A DNA stretch of 64,000 nucleotides from Bacillota bacterium (GTDB taxonomy: Bacteria > Bacillota > Dehalobacteriia > UBA4068): the NCBI GenBank assembly GCA_030527285.1, contig JAUNBC010000001.1:4445-68444 (forward strand), written 5' to 3'. Of the stretch, positions 19,941 through 30,855 are shown one piece after another. Each line of letters starts with the position of its first letter. Position 1 is the first letter of the stretch. Under the pieces are notes generated by a model, which was not told where the DNA came from, did not search any database, and worked only from the letters and a program-made list of their open reading frames with translations. The position numbers and the translations under genes are program-made.

Positions 19941-20218
19941 ATTCGGCGTTCAAGATAAATAGTCATATTGCGTCTATAATTTTATCTCGCTTTTTATACG
20001 CTGCTTTGATATAATTATGATAGTATTATTAATCCGGCAACAACATAATCCTTGCCATACGAACAAGCCTCGCGCCGGATTAATGATCCGCCATCTGTTG
20101 CGGTTGCCGCGCTCTGCGGCGAGAAATACGGCATTTCAATAGTTTATTACAGCGGCTTGTACTTCATTGGCGTTAACAAAGATTATTTAATTGCCGCTGT
20201 AATAATTTGAGGCGGTAT

Positions 20219-20995
20219 ATGAAGGACGCTCGCTATCAGGAAGAGGATCGGCAAGACTCTACATATCGCAGCAAGAGGTTTGCTGTCGCCAATACCCGCT
20301 GGATAATGATAGTGGTGTTTTTTGTCGTCTGCGTATTCGCCGGCTATTTTTTCTCGCTGAGCGGCTTTTTCGCCATCACGGATATCGAGGTCTATGGCAA
20401 TGACAGCGTCGATGAGCAGCGTATACTTGAGCTATCCGGAGTCACGGAGGGCATGAATATTTTTGCCGTCAATGACGCGGCGGTAGCTGCATGGCTGTCG
20501 ATAGAGCCGCGTATCGCCGAGGCCAAAGTCAGCCGTCGGCTTCCGTCCACGCTGACTATTACCGTAGTCGAGCGCGAGGCCAGGGCGATGCTGTCGGTGG
20601 GCGCGGCCTTCATCGAGATCGACGAGCGCGGCTATATACTCGACCGCTATACCGCGCTGAGCCAGCAAAGCGTGCCGCTGCTTTCCGGCGTGAGCGATAT
20701 CAGCGAGGCGCTGATACCCGGCTGCGTGGTCGAGGGCGAGGGCATGGCCGAGGCATTGGAGATCATTGCCGCGCTGCCTGAGCACGCCGAGGATATCGGC
20801 GAGATCAATGTCGCCGACCCGCAGTTTATCAAGCTGTACACGGTTACGGGCGTGGAGATACGGCTGGGCGACAGCTCCGATTTTGCCGAGAAATATCTGC
20901 TGTATAGCAGTATCCTTGCCGATATACAGCAAAGCGGCCGGCAGGATCTGCAATATATTGACGTTAGCATTATCGCAAAACCGGTTATTTATTAG
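20219..20995 (+). CDS. ftsQ: cell division protein FtsQ/DivIB (POTRA domain)
   Basis: N-terminal TM followed by a POTRA domain (ITDIEVYGN...) and an FtsQ-type beta domain. The probable start is the ATG at 20219 (GAGGCGG RBS); the ORF track uses the TTG at 20207. Confidence 0.8.
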   Translation: MKDARYQEEDRQDSTYRSKRFAVANTRWIMIVVFFVVCVFAGYFFSLSGFFAITDIEVYGNDSVDEQRILELSGVTEGMNIFAVNDAAVAAWLSIEPRIAEAKVSRRLPSTLTITVVEREARAMLSVGAAFIEIDERGYILDRYTALSQQSVPLLSGVSDISEALIPGCVVEGEGMAEALEIIAALPEHAEDIGEINVADPQFIKLYTVTGVEIRLGDSSDFAEKYLLYSSILADIQQSGRQDLQYIDVSIIAKPVIY

Positions 20996-21070
20996 GACAT
21001 AGCAGGGAATCGCAATTCAACGCAGAATCATTTGATATTATGCTTTCTCTACAGCAAAGGGGGCAAATAG

Positions 21071-22153
21071 ATGCTGCATTTCGATGACGAGCACTCCGGC
21101 CTATACGCCAAGATCAAGGTTATCGGTATCGGCGGCGGCGGCTCCAACGCCGTTAATCGTATGATCAAAAACGATGTTCAGGGCGTGAGTTTTGTTGCCG
21201 TAAATACAGATATGCAGGCGCTCAATGATTCCAGCGCCGAGTCCGTATTGCAGATCGGCCCCAAATTGACCAAGGGTCTGGGAGCCGGCGGTAATCCGGA
21301 CGTCGGCAAAAAGGCAGCCGAGGAGTCAAAGGCGGAGATCGCCGTCATGCTCGAGGACGCGGATATGGTATTCGTGACTGCCGGCATGGGCGGCGGTACC
21401 GGCACCGGCGCGGCGCCGGTGATCGCGGCCTTGGCCAAGGAAATGGGCGCATTGACGGTCGGCGTGGTGACCAAGCCTTTCGGTTTTGAGGGCCGCCGCC
21501 GCGCGCAGCAGGCCGAGATCGGTATTTCCGAGCTTAAAGCCGCCGTAGACACGCTGATCACCATCCCCAATGACAAGCTGCTGCAAATTGTCGATAAAAA
21601 GACGACGATGCAAGACGCGTTTATGATCGCCGACGACGTGCTGCGTCAGGGCGTGCAGGGTATATCCGATCTGATCAGCCGTCCGGCGCTGATCAATCTC
21701 GATTTCGCCGACGTCAAAGCGATCATGAAGGACGCCGGCTCGGCGTGGATGGGCATTGGCTATGGCGCGGGCGAGAGCAAGGCCGCCGACGCGGCCGCCG
21801 ACGCCGTTTCCAGCTCCATGCTTGAGACGAGTATTCGCGGAGCCAAGGGCATTTTGCTCAATATCACCGGCGGTTCGGCGATGGGGCTGTTAGAGGCCAA
21901 TGAAGCCGCCAAATATATCTACGAGGTCGCCGACCCCGATGCGCAGATCATCTTCGGCGTGGGCATCGACGACAAATTAGAGGACGAGCTCAAGGTCACG
22001 GTTATCGCTACCGGCTTTGAGAACCGCAATCCGATCACCATCAATTCCGGCAAGATCAATTCGCGCCTCACCCCCAATATTCAAGAGGCCGTGATCAAGC
22101 CCATCTCCTTGGATGATATCGACTTACCGGTATTTTTACGTCGGGATAAATAA
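21071..22153 (+). CDS. ftsZ: cell division GTPase FtsZ
   Basis: Tubulin signature GGGTGTG, T7 loop, and a C-terminal peptide [21 protein letters not shown]. Only a 75-bp gap separates it from ftsQ, with no ftsA. Confidence 0.97.
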   Translation: MLHFDDEHSGLYAKIKVIGIGGGGSNAVNRMIKNDVQGVSFVAVNTDMQALNDSSAESVLQIGPKLTKGLGAGGNPDVGKKAAEESKAEIAVMLEDADMVFVTAGMGGGTGTGAAPVIAALAKEMGALTVGVVTKPFGFEGRRRAQQAEIGISELKAAVDTLITIPNDKLLQIVDKKTTMQDAFMIADDVLRQGVQGISDLISRPALINLDFADVKAIMKDAGSAWMGIGYGAGESKAADAAADAVSSSMLETSIRGAKGILLNITGGSAMGLLEANEAAKYIYEVADPDAQIIFGVGIDDKLEDELKVTVIATGFENRNPITINSGKINSRLTPNIQEAVIKPISLDDIDLPVFLRRDK

Positions 22154-22200
22154 AGCGGCCGCTCACGGAGCGCGCAGTATTTGCAGCGGAGGATAAGGAT

Positions 22201-22992
22201 ATGAAATCGCTTTTGGAAAGAACGCGGGAGATCAATAAGATCATCCAGAAGGCGGCCGGTCATCCGATCAGCTTTGTCGAGATGGCGGAAACGCTGTGCA
22301 ACAACATCAATTCCAACGTCTATATCCTGGGGCGCAAGGGCAAGGTCCTGGGCTATACCTTCATGGAGAATTTCTATTGCCCGACCATGGATGATATAGT
22401 CAAGCTGGATGCGCATTATCCCGACCGCTACAATGACGATCTGCTGCGCATCACCGAGACGCAAGTCAATATCGACCGTGAAGGCGCTTGCGTTTTCGGT
22501 GTGCATAACACCTGCTTCCTCAAGGATAAATACACCACCGTGATCCCGATCATCGGCGGCGGCCAGCGTCTGGGCACGCTGATGCTGTCCAAGACCGGCG
22601 AATTCGACAGCGGCGATCTGATCCTGGCCGAACTGGGCGCTACCGTTATCGGTATGGAGATATTGCGCGCCCGCGTCGAGAAGGTCGAAGACGCGGCGCG
22701 GCAAAAGGCCGTGGTATCGGTAGCCTTCGATACGCTGTCCTATTCGGAATTAGAGGCGGTGGAGCATATTTTCCATGAGCTGGGCGGCAATAACGGCTTG
22801 CTCGTGGCTTCAAAGATCGCCGATAAGGTCGGCATAACCCGCTCGGTGATCGTCAACGCGCTGCGCAAGCTGGAATCAGCCGGCGTGGTCGAGGTGCGCT
22901 CTTTGGGTATGAAGGGCACCTATATCCGCGTGCTCAACGACTATCTGATCGAGGAGTTGGAGCGGATACAGGCGGCGCATCGCAAATACTAA
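22201..22992 (+). CDS. codY: GTP/BCAA-sensing pleiotropic transcriptional repressor CodY
   Basis: Near-colinear similarity to Bacillus CodY, including the GAF domain and the C-terminal wHTH block ASKIADKVGITRSVIVNALRKLESAGVVEVRSLGMKGTYIRVLN. Confidence 0.95.
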   Translation: MKSLLERTREINKIIQKAAGHPISFVEMAETLCNNINSNVYILGRKGKVLGYTFMENFYCPTMDDIVKLDAHYPDRYNDDLLRITETQVNIDREGACVFGVHNTCFLKDKYTTVIPIIGGGQRLGTLMLSKTGEFDSGDLILAELGATVIGMEILRARVEKVEDAARQKAVVSVAFDTLSYSELEAVEHIFHELGGNNGLLVASKIADKVGITRSVIVNALRKLESAGVVEVRSLGMKGTYIRVLNDYLIEELERIQAAHRKY

Positions 22993-23016
22993 AGATCCCT
23001 CCCGGCCTCTTTTCCA

Positions 23017-23053
23017 GGAATAGAGCGCGCATGCCTCTATTCCTCTTTTATTA
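23017..23053 (+). terminator. intrinsic terminator downstream of codY
   Basis: Stem aggaatagag / ctctattcct with a 9-nt loop, followed by CTTTTATT. Confidence 0.7.
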
Positions 23054-23093
23054 CTCGCAGCAAGGCGATAAATGACGTTTTAGCGGAGCTACT

Positions 23094-25265
23094 ATGACTG
23101 TCACCATCGAGCAGATAATCGAACAGGCCAAAAGCTATAATCCCGCTTCCGACAGCGGGAAGATATGCGCTGCCTATGAGCTGGCCTTATCCGCGCATGG
23201 CGATCAGCTGCGTGATTCCGGCGAGCCGTATATCATGCACCCGCTGGCTGTGGCGGAAATATTGACCTCGCTGCAGATCGACGATACCACGATTATCGCC
23301 GGCTTGCTGCACGACGTGGTCGAGGATACCGGCTATACGCCCGACGATATCGAGAGCAGATTTGGCGCGGAGGCGATGCTGCTGGTAGACGGCGTGACGA
23401 AGCTGTCCAAGCTCGAATTCCGCACCCGCCATGATGCGCAGGCCGAGTCGCTGCGCAAGATGTTCATGGCCATGAGCTCCGATATCCGTATCATCCTGAT
23501 CAAGCTGGCCGACCGTCTGCATAATATGCGCACGCTTGGCAGTCATCGCTCGATATTGCGGCAAAAGGAGATCGCCGAGGAGACGCTGACCATTTACGCC
23601 CCGCTGGCGCATCGCCTGGGTATATTCAAGATCAAGAGCGAGCTGGAGGACTTGGCGATCAGCGTGCTGGAGCCGGAGGCGATAGCCGATCTCAAACAGC
23701 AGATCGCCGCCGAGAAAAGCGAGCGCGACCTGTTCATCAGCAACCATTGCCTCAGGATCAGCGAGGCCCTGACGGAAAACGATATTAAGGCCGAAGTCAA
23801 CGGCCGCACCAAGAATTATTACAGCATCTTCAATAAGATGAAAAAGCAGCAGCGCGCCCTGTCGGAGATCTTTGATCTCAACGCCATCCGTATCATCGTT
23901 GACAGCGTGCGCGAGTGCTATGAGGCGCTGGGTATCATCCATACGCTGTGGAAGCCGATACCGGGTCGTTTCAAGGACTATATCGCCATGCCCAAGCAGA
24001 ATATGTATCAGTCGATACATACCACGCTGATCGCCGACAACGGCGTACCCTTCGAGGTGCAGATACGCACCTGGGATATGCATCGCACCGCTGAATTCGG
24101 CATCGCCGCGCATTGGCGCTATAAAGAAGGCCGCTCCGCCGACGCCGATTTCGATAAAAAGGTCGAATGGCTGCGCAATATGCTGGAATGGCAGAATGAA
24201 GTCGGCGACGCGCGCGAATTCATGGAAACGGTCAAAGGCGACCTGTTCAATGAGAATATCTACGTTTTCTCACCCAAGGGCGACGTATATGAGTTGCCGG
24301 CCACCTCCGTACCGCTGGATTTCGCCTATCGCGTACATACGCAGGTCGGCCATCAATGCGTCGGAGCCAAGGTCAATCACCGGCTGGTGCCGCTGGACAC
24401 GCAGCTGAAAAACGGCGATATCGTCGAGGTGATGACAGCCAAGGGACGCGGGCCGAGCCGCGACTGGCTGAATATCTGCCAGACGCAGCAGGCCAAGAAT
24501 AAGATCCGCCAATGGTTCCGCAAGGAGAAGCGCGAGGAGAATGTCGAGCTGGGCAAAGAGGCGCTGGAGCGTGAATGCAAGCGCTATAACGCCGATCCGG
24601 CGGCGATCATCAAGATCGATAAGCTGCCGGAGATCGCCAGGCGTTTCAATCTCAAGGACGTGGACGATCTGTACGCCGCCATCGGCGACGGCGCGCTGCG
24701 CGCCGACAGCGTGCTGCTCAAGCTCAAGGACGATTACAAGAAGGAGCAGCCGCCCAAGGTCGAGATCAAGCCGGAGCGCGAAAACCTTGGCTCCGACGGC
24801 ATCATCATCGACGGCGTGGAGGACGCGATGGTGCGGCTGGCCTCCTGCTGCCGCCCCTTGCCCGGCGACGACGTGATCGGCTATATCACGCGCGGGCGCG
24901 GCGTATCCGTGCATCGCCGCGATTGCCCCAACGCGCGCCGCTATATGGAAACGGAGGCTGACCGGCTGATGGAGGTCAGCTGGGCGCAGACTAAGATCGG
25001 CGTCTATCAGGTGGAGATGGAGGCTATCTGCATCGACCGCGACCGCCTGCTGATGGAGATGATGTCGATCATGGCGGAGACCAAGACCACGGTCAACGGC
25101 GTGCGCGTTACCGTCGATAAAAAGAGCCGTACCTGCCATATCTTCATCAAGATGGAGGTCAAATCGCTGGATCAGTTAGAGTATCTGATGCGGCGCGTCG
25201 AACGCATCCATGATGTGATGGAGGTGCGGCGCGTGGTCAATAATCATAAAAGCAGATCGAGGTAA
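23094..25265 (+). CDS. rel: bifunctional (p)ppGpp synthetase/hydrolase Rel (RelA/SpoT family)
   Basis: HD hydrolase domain (HDVVED), synthetase domain (RIIVDS...RFKDYIAMPKQNMYQSIHTT), and TGS and ACT C-terminal domains. 723 aa. Confidence 0.95.
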   Translation: MTVTIEQIIEQAKSYNPASDSGKICAAYELALSAHGDQLRDSGEPYIMHPLAVAEILTSLQIDDTTIIAGLLHDVVEDTGYTPDDIESRFGAEAMLLVDGVTKLSKLEFRTRHDAQAESLRKMFMAMSSDIRIILIKLADRLHNMRTLGSHRSILRQKEIAEETLTIYAPLAHRLGIFKIKSELEDLAISVLEPEAIADLKQQIAAEKSERDLFISNHCLRISEALTENDIKAEVNGRTKNYYSIFNKMKKQQRALSEIFDLNAIRIIVDSVRECYEALGIIHTLWKPIPGRFKDYIAMPKQNMYQSIHTTLIADNGVPFEVQIRTWDMHRTAEFGIAAHWRYKEGRSADADFDKKVEWLRNMLEWQNEVGDAREFMETVKGDLFNENIYVFSPKGDVYELPATSVPLDFAYRVHTQVGHQCVGAKVNHRLVPLDTQLKNGDIVEVMTAKGRGPSRDWLNICQTQQAKNKIRQWFRKEKREENVELGKEALERECKRYNADPAAIIKIDKLPEIARRFNLKDVDDLYAAIGDGALRADSVLLKLKDDYKKEQPPKVEIKPERENLGSDGIIIDGVEDAMVRLASCCRPLPGDDVIGYITRGRGVSVHRRDCPNARRYMETEADRLMEVSWAQTKIGVYQVEMEAICIDRDRLLMEMMSIMAETKTTVNGVRVTVDKKSRTCHIFIKMEVKSLDQLEYLMRRVERIHDVMEVRRVVNNHKSRSR

Positions 25266-25268
25266 ACG

Positions 25269-25715
25269 ATGCGAGCGCTGATACAACGCGTTAAAAGAGG
25301 CTCTGTAAGCATTGACGGCCGGCTCAAAGGCGAGATCGGCAGCGGTTATGTGCTGCTGCTGGGCGTAGGCCGCGAGGACGGCGAGGATGATATCGCCTAT
25401 CTGGTGCGCAAGACGGTCAACCTGCGCATTTTTGCCGACGGCGACGGCAAGATCAATTTATCTCTGCGCGATACCGGCGGGCAAATGCTGATCATCTCGC
25501 AATTCACGCTCTACGCCGATACCTCGCGCGGCAATCGCCCCGGCTTCGAACCGGCTGCGCCGCCGGAGCAGGCCGCGCGGCTGTATGAGCGCTTTGTCGC
25601 GGCGATGCGCGCCGAGGGCGTGCCGGTGCAGACCGGAGAATTCGGCGCCGATATGACGGTGGAGATCATCAATGACGGGCCGGTGACGATAATGCTCGAT
25701 TCACGGGCGCGATAG
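25269..25715 (+). CDS. dtd: D-aminoacyl-tRNA deacylase Dtd
   Basis: MRALIQRV..., SQFTLYAD and NDGPVT motifs of Dtd. Conserved rel-dtd adjacency. Confidence 0.95.
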   Translation: MRALIQRVKRGSVSIDGRLKGEIGSGYVLLLGVGREDGEDDIAYLVRKTVNLRIFADGDGKINLSLRDTGGQMLIISQFTLYADTSRGNRPGFEPAAPPEQAARLYERFVAAMRAEGVPVQTGEFGADMTVEIINDGPVTIMLDSRAR

Positions 25716-25723
25716 GAGGACAA

Positions 25724-26359
25724 ATGAGCGAATACAACTTACAGACCGTTCCGGTCAGGCAGGCGTCGACAAATTGCTATCTGCTGTCCTGCGCCGCAAG
25801 CGGCGATACGGCGATCATCGACCCCGGCGGCGACGCGCAGCTGATCATCAGCGTGATCGAGCGGCTGCGCCTGCATCCGGTGATGATAGTCAACACGCAT
25901 GGCCATTGGGATCATATCGCCGCCAACCACCAATTACAACAGCAATACCGGCTGCCGCTGCTGATACATGAGCTGGATCAGCCGCTGTTATCGCAAAGCA
26001 AGCTGTCTATGTCCTTTGCCTTTGGCGAGGATGGCGAGGGCGGACAGGCGACGCGCCTGCTCCAACATGACGATATTATCGAGCTCGGCCAGCTTCGCCT
26101 GCGCGTGCTGCATACGCCCGGTCATACGCAGGGCGGCGTTTGCTTGCTCTGTGAGGATCTGCTGTTCTGCGGCGATACGCTGTTTGCCGGTTCCATCGGC
26201 CGCAGCGATCTGCCGGGCGGCGATTATGATACGCTGATGGACTCGCTCAAGGAAACCGTGATGCAGCTGGACGACAGCCTGCGCGTGCTGCCGGGTCATG
26301 GCCCTGAGAGCTTGCTCGGCCGCGAGAAGCGGTATAATCCCTATCTGCGCCCCTATTAA
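25724..26359 (+). CDS. MBL-fold metallo-hydrolase (glyoxalase II-like)
   Basis: HxHxDH motif (NTHGHWDHIAAN) and downstream His/Asp ligands typical of the metallo-beta-lactamase fold. Confidence 0.8.
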   Translation: MSEYNLQTVPVRQASTNCYLLSCAASGDTAIIDPGGDAQLIISVIERLRLHPVMIVNTHGHWDHIAANHQLQQQYRLPLLIHELDQPLLSQSKLSMSFAFGEDGEGGQATRLLQHDDIIELGQLRLRVLHTPGHTQGGVCLLCEDLLFCGDTLFAGSIGRSDLPGGDYDTLMDSLKETVMQLDDSLRVLPGHGPESLLGREKRYNPYLRPY

Positions 26360-26394
26360 CGGCCTGCTCCCGTATCATCCGTATTTTGCATAAT

Positions 26395-26432
26395 AAAAGA
26401 GCTGTACCGATACCGATACAGCTCTTTTATTA
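26395..26432. terminator. bidirectional intrinsic terminator between the convergent MBL hydrolase gene and alsT
   Basis: Stem agagctgta / tacagctct with a 10-nt loop, flanked by an A-run upstream and a T-run downstream. Confidence 0.75.
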
Positions 26433-26457
26433 TGTCTTTTGCTTACTTGCTCGTAGC

Positions 26458-27879
26458 TTAACCCTTGGGCAGCGCCTTGAAATACTCGCGGGTCAGCTTG
26501 ATCACGACCGGCGACAGGAACAGCAGGCCGATCAGATTGGGTATGCCCATCAGCGCGTTCAGCGTGTCGGAAATATCCCAGGCCAGCGACAGATCCATCA
26601 CCGAGCCGGCTACTACCACCAGCACGAATAAGACCTGATAGGGCTTGACCGATTTACCGCCAAAGAGGAATTCGCAGCAGCGCGAGCCGTACAGCGCCCA
26701 GCCGAGTATCGTCGAAGTGGCAAAGCAGATGATAGCCACGGTGAGGAATACGTTGGCAAAGCCGCCGCCAAAGACGCTGGCGAAAGCGTCGGTGGTCAAC
26801 GCGCCGGCGATACTGTTGTCGCCGTAGGGGATGATCACGCCGCTCATCAGCACCGCCAGCGCGGTCAGCGTGCAGATGATGATGGTATCGACGAATACCT
26901 CGAAGATGCCGTACAGACCCTGCTGTACCGGTCCGTCGGTATCGGCGGTGGCATGAGCGATCGGCGCGGAGCCGAGGCCGGCCTCATTGGAGAAGCAGCC
27001 GCGCTTGAAGCCGAATTTGACCGTTTCCGCGATCAAGAAGCCGGTCACGCCGCCGGTCACCGGCTTGAAGCCGCCGAAAGCGCCGGTGAAAATATCGCCC
27101 AGCACCTGGCCGATCGAGCCGATATTGGCAATGATGATCACCAGCGCGCCGATGATGTAGAAAATGCTCATGAACGGAACCAGCTTGGAGGTGACGGCGC
27201 CGATGCGCTTCAAGCCGCCTAACAATACCAGCCCCACGAAGGCGGCGACGATCAGTCCGAAAACGAGGTTGATCGTGCCGACCGGCAGGCCGTCGGGATT
27301 GTAGGAGAAATGCTTGAATAAACCGACTACCGAGCTGGCCATGGTATTGGTCTGCGAGATATTGCCGATGCCGAAGGCGGCAAAAGCGCCGAAGGCGCAG
27401 AAGATGGCGCCCAGCCATTTCCAATGTTTACCGAGCCCGTTTTTGATATAATACATCGGGCCGCCGGCCCATTCGCCGTTGGCGTTGCGCTCGCGGAATT
27501 TGATCGCCAGCACGATCTCCGAATACTTGGTAGCCATGCCGACCAGCGCCGAGATCCACATCCAGAAAACGGCTCCCGGGCCGCCCAGCAGTATCGCGCC
27601 GGATACGCCGGCGATATTACCGGTGCCGACGGTGGCGCTCATGGCGATAGACAGCGCCTGAAACGGCGTCGTCGCGCCTTTGTCGTCGGTATGCTGCCTC
27701 TTGAATATCCGGCCCAGAGTATGTTTCATCGCGTGGCCAAAATGGGCGAACTGTACGCCGCCGCTGCCGATGGTCAGCCACAGTCCGGCGCCGATCAGCA
27801 ACGTCAGCATTGGTATGCCCCATGCTACGTTATTGATGGCGCTGTTGACCGTTTCGACCGATTCAATAAACCCTGCCAT
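26458..27879 (-). CDS. alsT: sodium:alanine (amino acid) symporter, AGCS family
   Basis: Polytopic membrane protein that closely follows the AGCS family consensus ([10 protein letters not shown], sodium:alanine symporter signature region). Confidence 0.9.
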   Translation of the reverse strand: MAGFIESVETVNSAINNVAWGIPMLTLLIGAGLWLTIGSGGVQFAHFGHAMKHTLGRIFKRQHTDDKGATTPFQALSIAMSATVGTGNIAGVSGAILLGGPGAVFWMWISALVGMATKYSEIVLAIKFRERNANGEWAGGPMYYIKNGLGKHWKWLGAIFCAFGAFAAFGIGNISQTNTMASSVVGLFKHFSYNPDGLPVGTINLVFGLIVAAFVGLVLLGGLKRIGAVTSKLVPFMSIFYIIGALVIIIANIGSIGQVLGDIFTGAFGGFKPVTGGVTGFLIAETVKFGFKRGCFSNEAGLGSAPIAHATADTDGPVQQGLYGIFEVFVDTIIICTLTALAVLMSGVIIPYGDNSIAGALTTDAFASVFGGGFANVFLTVAIICFATSTILGWALYGSRCCEFLFGGKSVKPYQVLFVLVVVAGSVMDLSLAWDISDTLNALMGIPNLIGLLFLSPVVIKLTREYFKALPKG

Positions 27880-27996
27880 GTCGTCAACTCCTTATAAGAA
27901 ATGATAAATACGCCTACATTATAAAGGCTTCCCGCCGCCAGCGCAAGCGAAAAGCAAAAACAGCTATTTTTTTCTTATTTATTGCAGATATTGCGA

Positions 27997-29760
27997 TTAT
28001 TCGCCAGCCGTATCCGGCTCGAGCTTCGGGCATACGGGATCGACGTACAGCGTCTTTTGCTCAAAATAGACGACCATGCCCGGCGGTGCGCCATTGGGCT
28101 TTTTCACCTGCGACGCCGTCGTATAGTCCACCGGCACCTTGGCCGAGGCGGCGGCCTGCGAATAATAGGCGGCATAGGCGGCGGCCTCGGCGATGGTAGA
28201 GGGCGGTATCTCGCGCCGCTCGCTGCGGATGATCACGTGCGAGCCGGGGATCTTTTGCGTATGCAGCCAGATGTCGTCGGCCGCGGCAAGCTTCAGCGTC
28301 AGCTGATCGTTCTGGCGATTGTTGCGGCCGATGAGGATGGTGAAGCCGTCGGCGGAGATAACGCGGCGCGGCGGCAGCGCAGCGGTGTGAGCAGAGTCCT
28401 TTTTCTTGCCGGGGGCGGCGCTTTTGCACAGCTTGGCGGCGGCGGCCTCGCGTTCTACGGCCTCCAATTCGGGCAGGCTTTCACAATTAGCCAGCGCCGT
28501 CTCGATGCTTTGCACATAGGCCAATTCCTTGCGGTTCTTATCCAATTGCTGCTCGATGAATACGCGCGCGCTCTTAGCCTTGCTGTATTTGCGATAATAG
28601 CGGCTGATGTTCTCGGATGGGCTGAGCGCCGGGTCGAGCTTGACGGTGATCGTTTGGTCCGCGTTCTCAAAGCTCGGCAGCTCGATTTGCTCCAGCCCTT
28701 TGCGCAGATAGTAGAGATTGGCCGACAGCAGATCGCCGGTCAGCTTATAGGCGTCGTCCGCCTCGCATTGACAGAGATCGGCCTCTTGCAGGGCGATCTT
28801 CTTGCTCAGGCGGCGGTCATGCAGCGACAGCTGCTTGGACAAGGCAGCGCGGCGGCTGTGCAGCAACTGCTCGCGCTCGCGCTGTATATAGAAAGCGTCG
28901 ATAGCGGCGTTGATGCTGTCGGCGGCGCGGCAGTCCGCGTCCGGCCATTGGCGCGGGCGGATGGCGCAAAAGTCGACGTAGCGCCCGTCTTTGACCAGCA
29001 GCGTCGGCTGAAAACGGCGTTCGCTGACGATCTTATGCAGCGCCGCCAGCTCGGCGATGATATTGTCGATATCGCTGGCTCCCAGCTGCTCGGTCGGATG
29101 CTGCTCCTCCAAGCCGCAGCCGGCGCATATATGCGCGGCCAGCAGCGGCGATAGGCCGGCGATATGCGCGGTCAGCGCCTTATGCAGCGTCGCCGCGCCG
29201 CCGGCGAACAGTATCTCCGCTAACCGCTGCTCATTCAACGGCGATAAGGGCAGCTTATGCTGAGGCGGCGGCGGCAGATACGGCTTGCCGGGCAGCACCT
29301 CGCGGTAGCGGGACAATTCGCTGTTATAACGGCGGATGCCGTCGATTATCTGCTGCTCGCCGTTGACGAGGACGATATTTGAATGCTTGCCCATGCTCTC
29401 GAGGATCAGCTTCAGCGGCACGATATCGCCGATATCATTGCGCGCGTCAAAGCCGAGCTGGGCTACGCGCTCGCCCGCCGTCACCGCCACGCCGGTGATC
29501 TTCGCGCCCTCCAGCCATTTGCGCAGCACCATGGCAAACAGCGGCGCTTTGGCGGGATTATCGTGCTCGGAGGAGCTGATATGGATGCGGCTGTTTTGCG
29601 GATGCGCGCTCAACAGCAGCTTGCCCTGACCGTTTTGCCCATGATAGCGCAGTATCAGCGTATGCTTATCCGGTTGATGTATTTTACCGATGCGCGCGCC
29701 GGCGATCTGCCGTTCAAGCTCCGCGGCCACCGCCGTCAGCGTCAGATTATCAAAAGCCAT
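27997..29760 (-). CDS. rqcH: ribosome quality control factor RqcH (NFACT / fibronectin-binding protein A family, DUF814)
   Basis: NFACT-N domain at the N-terminus, a coiled-coil middle and an NFACT-R C-terminal region. The size (587 aa) and the position before yicC-gmk, as in the Bacillus yloA locus, both fit. Confidence 0.85.
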   Translation of the reverse strand: MAFDNLTLTAVAAELERQIAGARIGKIHQPDKHTLILRYHGQNGQGKLLLSAHPQNSRIHISSSEHDNPAKAPLFAMVLRKWLEGAKITGVAVTAGERVAQLGFDARNDIGDIVPLKLILESMGKHSNIVLVNGEQQIIDGIRRYNSELSRYREVLPGKPYLPPPPQHKLPLSPLNEQRLAEILFAGGAATLHKALTAHIAGLSPLLAAHICAGCGLEEQHPTEQLGASDIDNIIAELAALHKIVSERRFQPTLLVKDGRYVDFCAIRPRQWPDADCRAADSINAAIDAFYIQREREQLLHSRRAALSKQLSLHDRRLSKKIALQEADLCQCEADDAYKLTGDLLSANLYYLRKGLEQIELPSFENADQTITVKLDPALSPSENISRYYRKYSKAKSARVFIEQQLDKNRKELAYVQSIETALANCESLPELEAVEREAAAAKLCKSAAPGKKKDSAHTAALPPRRVISADGFTILIGRNNRQNDQLTLKLAAADDIWLHTQKIPGSHVIIRSERREIPPSTIAEAAAYAAYYSQAAASAKVPVDYTTASQVKKPNGAPPGMVVYFEQKTLYVDPVCPKLEPDTAGE

Positions 29761-29950
29761 GCTCCGCTCCTTTTACCTACATATCCATTATCATACATGA
29801 TTATGAAAAAGAATAAAAGCCTATTTTTTGTATAATGATAAAAATGCCCTTAAGCAGGAAAAAGCGCAAAAATATTTGCGGAAAAAAGAGGGTTTTCTGT
29901 CGGGAAATAGAAATCCTAAGAATGATAAAAAAGGCGGTAGAAAACTCTTG

Positions 29951-30835
29951 ATGAGCACGGTCAAAAGCATGACCGGTTACGGCGCGGGCAGCGCGCAGGA
30001 TGACGATTACCAGCTCACAGTAGAGATGCGCTCGGTCAATCACCGGTTTTTAGAGGTTTATTGCCGTATGCCCCGGCAATTGTCATCTTTGGAGGAGCAG
30101 CTCAAAAAACGCATCGGCGCCGCTTTATCTCGCGGTAAAGTCGATGTTTTCGTGACATATGAGCAGATTTCGGTCAAAAAACCTGTATTAACTGTTGACA
30201 AAGAGTTAGCAATATCGTACTATAAAGCAATGTCAGAGGTTGCGGAGCAGTTACGGCTGCCGTCTGACGATCAGGTGCATCATCTGGTATCCTATCCCGG
30301 CGTACTGACGCTGCAAAAGTCCGAGGACGATCTGCAGCGGCTGGCGCTGTTGCTCGACGCGGCGGCAGGACAAGCCATAGATTCGCTGACGGCGATGCGC
30401 GCCGTCGAGGGGCGGGCGCTGGCCGCCGATCTGCAAGCCCGCGTCAACGGGCTGACGGCGGCGGCTGCTACTATCGCCGCGTATGCGCCCCAAGTGGTCG
30501 TCGAATATCGGGATAAGCTGCAGGCGCGGATCATTGAATTGCTGGGCGAGACGGCGGTCGACGAGGCGCGTATCGTCAACGAGGCGGCCTTTTTCGCCGA
30601 CAAATGCGATATCACCGAGGAATTGACGCGGCTAAACAGCCATTTGCGGCAATTCGCGGACAATCTGCATTTATCCGTTCCCGTGGGGCGCAAGCTCGAA
30701 TTCATCCTGCAAGAGATCTTGCGCGAGATCAATACCATTGGCTCCAAATCTAATTCCTTGCCGATCAATGACGCCGTCATTGACTGCAAAAGCGAATTGG
30801 AAAAAATACGTGAGCAGATTCAAAACATCGAATAA
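29951..30835 (+). CDS. yicC: YicC/YloC family stress-induced endoribonuclease
   Basis: N-terminal YicC_N motif (KSMTGYG) and a C-terminal DUF1732 block (EEL.RL.SH...F). The probable start is the ATG at 29951; the ORF track starts 41 codons earlier inside an AT-rich leader. Confidence 0.85.
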   Translation: MSTVKSMTGYGAGSAQDDDYQLTVEMRSVNHRFLEVYCRMPRQLSSLEEQLKKRIGAALSRGKVDVFVTYEQISVKKPVLTVDKELAISYYKAMSEVAEQLRLPSDDQVHHLVSYPGVLTLQKSEDDLQRLALLLDAAAGQAIDSLTAMRAVEGRALAADLQARVNGLTAAAATIAAYAPQVVVEYRDKLQARIIELLGETAVDEARIVNEAAFFADKCDITEELTRLNSHLRQFADNLHLSVPVGRKLEFILQEILREINTIGSKSNSLPINDAVIDCKSELEKIREQIQNIE

Positions 30836-30855
30836 TATTTTATGGAGGTGTTTTT

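Noticed and set aside
19863-20206. Expected T-box riboswitch upstream of hisS
   Set aside because: No CGCGGTNCCACCCT (reverse complement of the T-box core) on the plus strand. The promoter lies only about 45 nt from the ATG.
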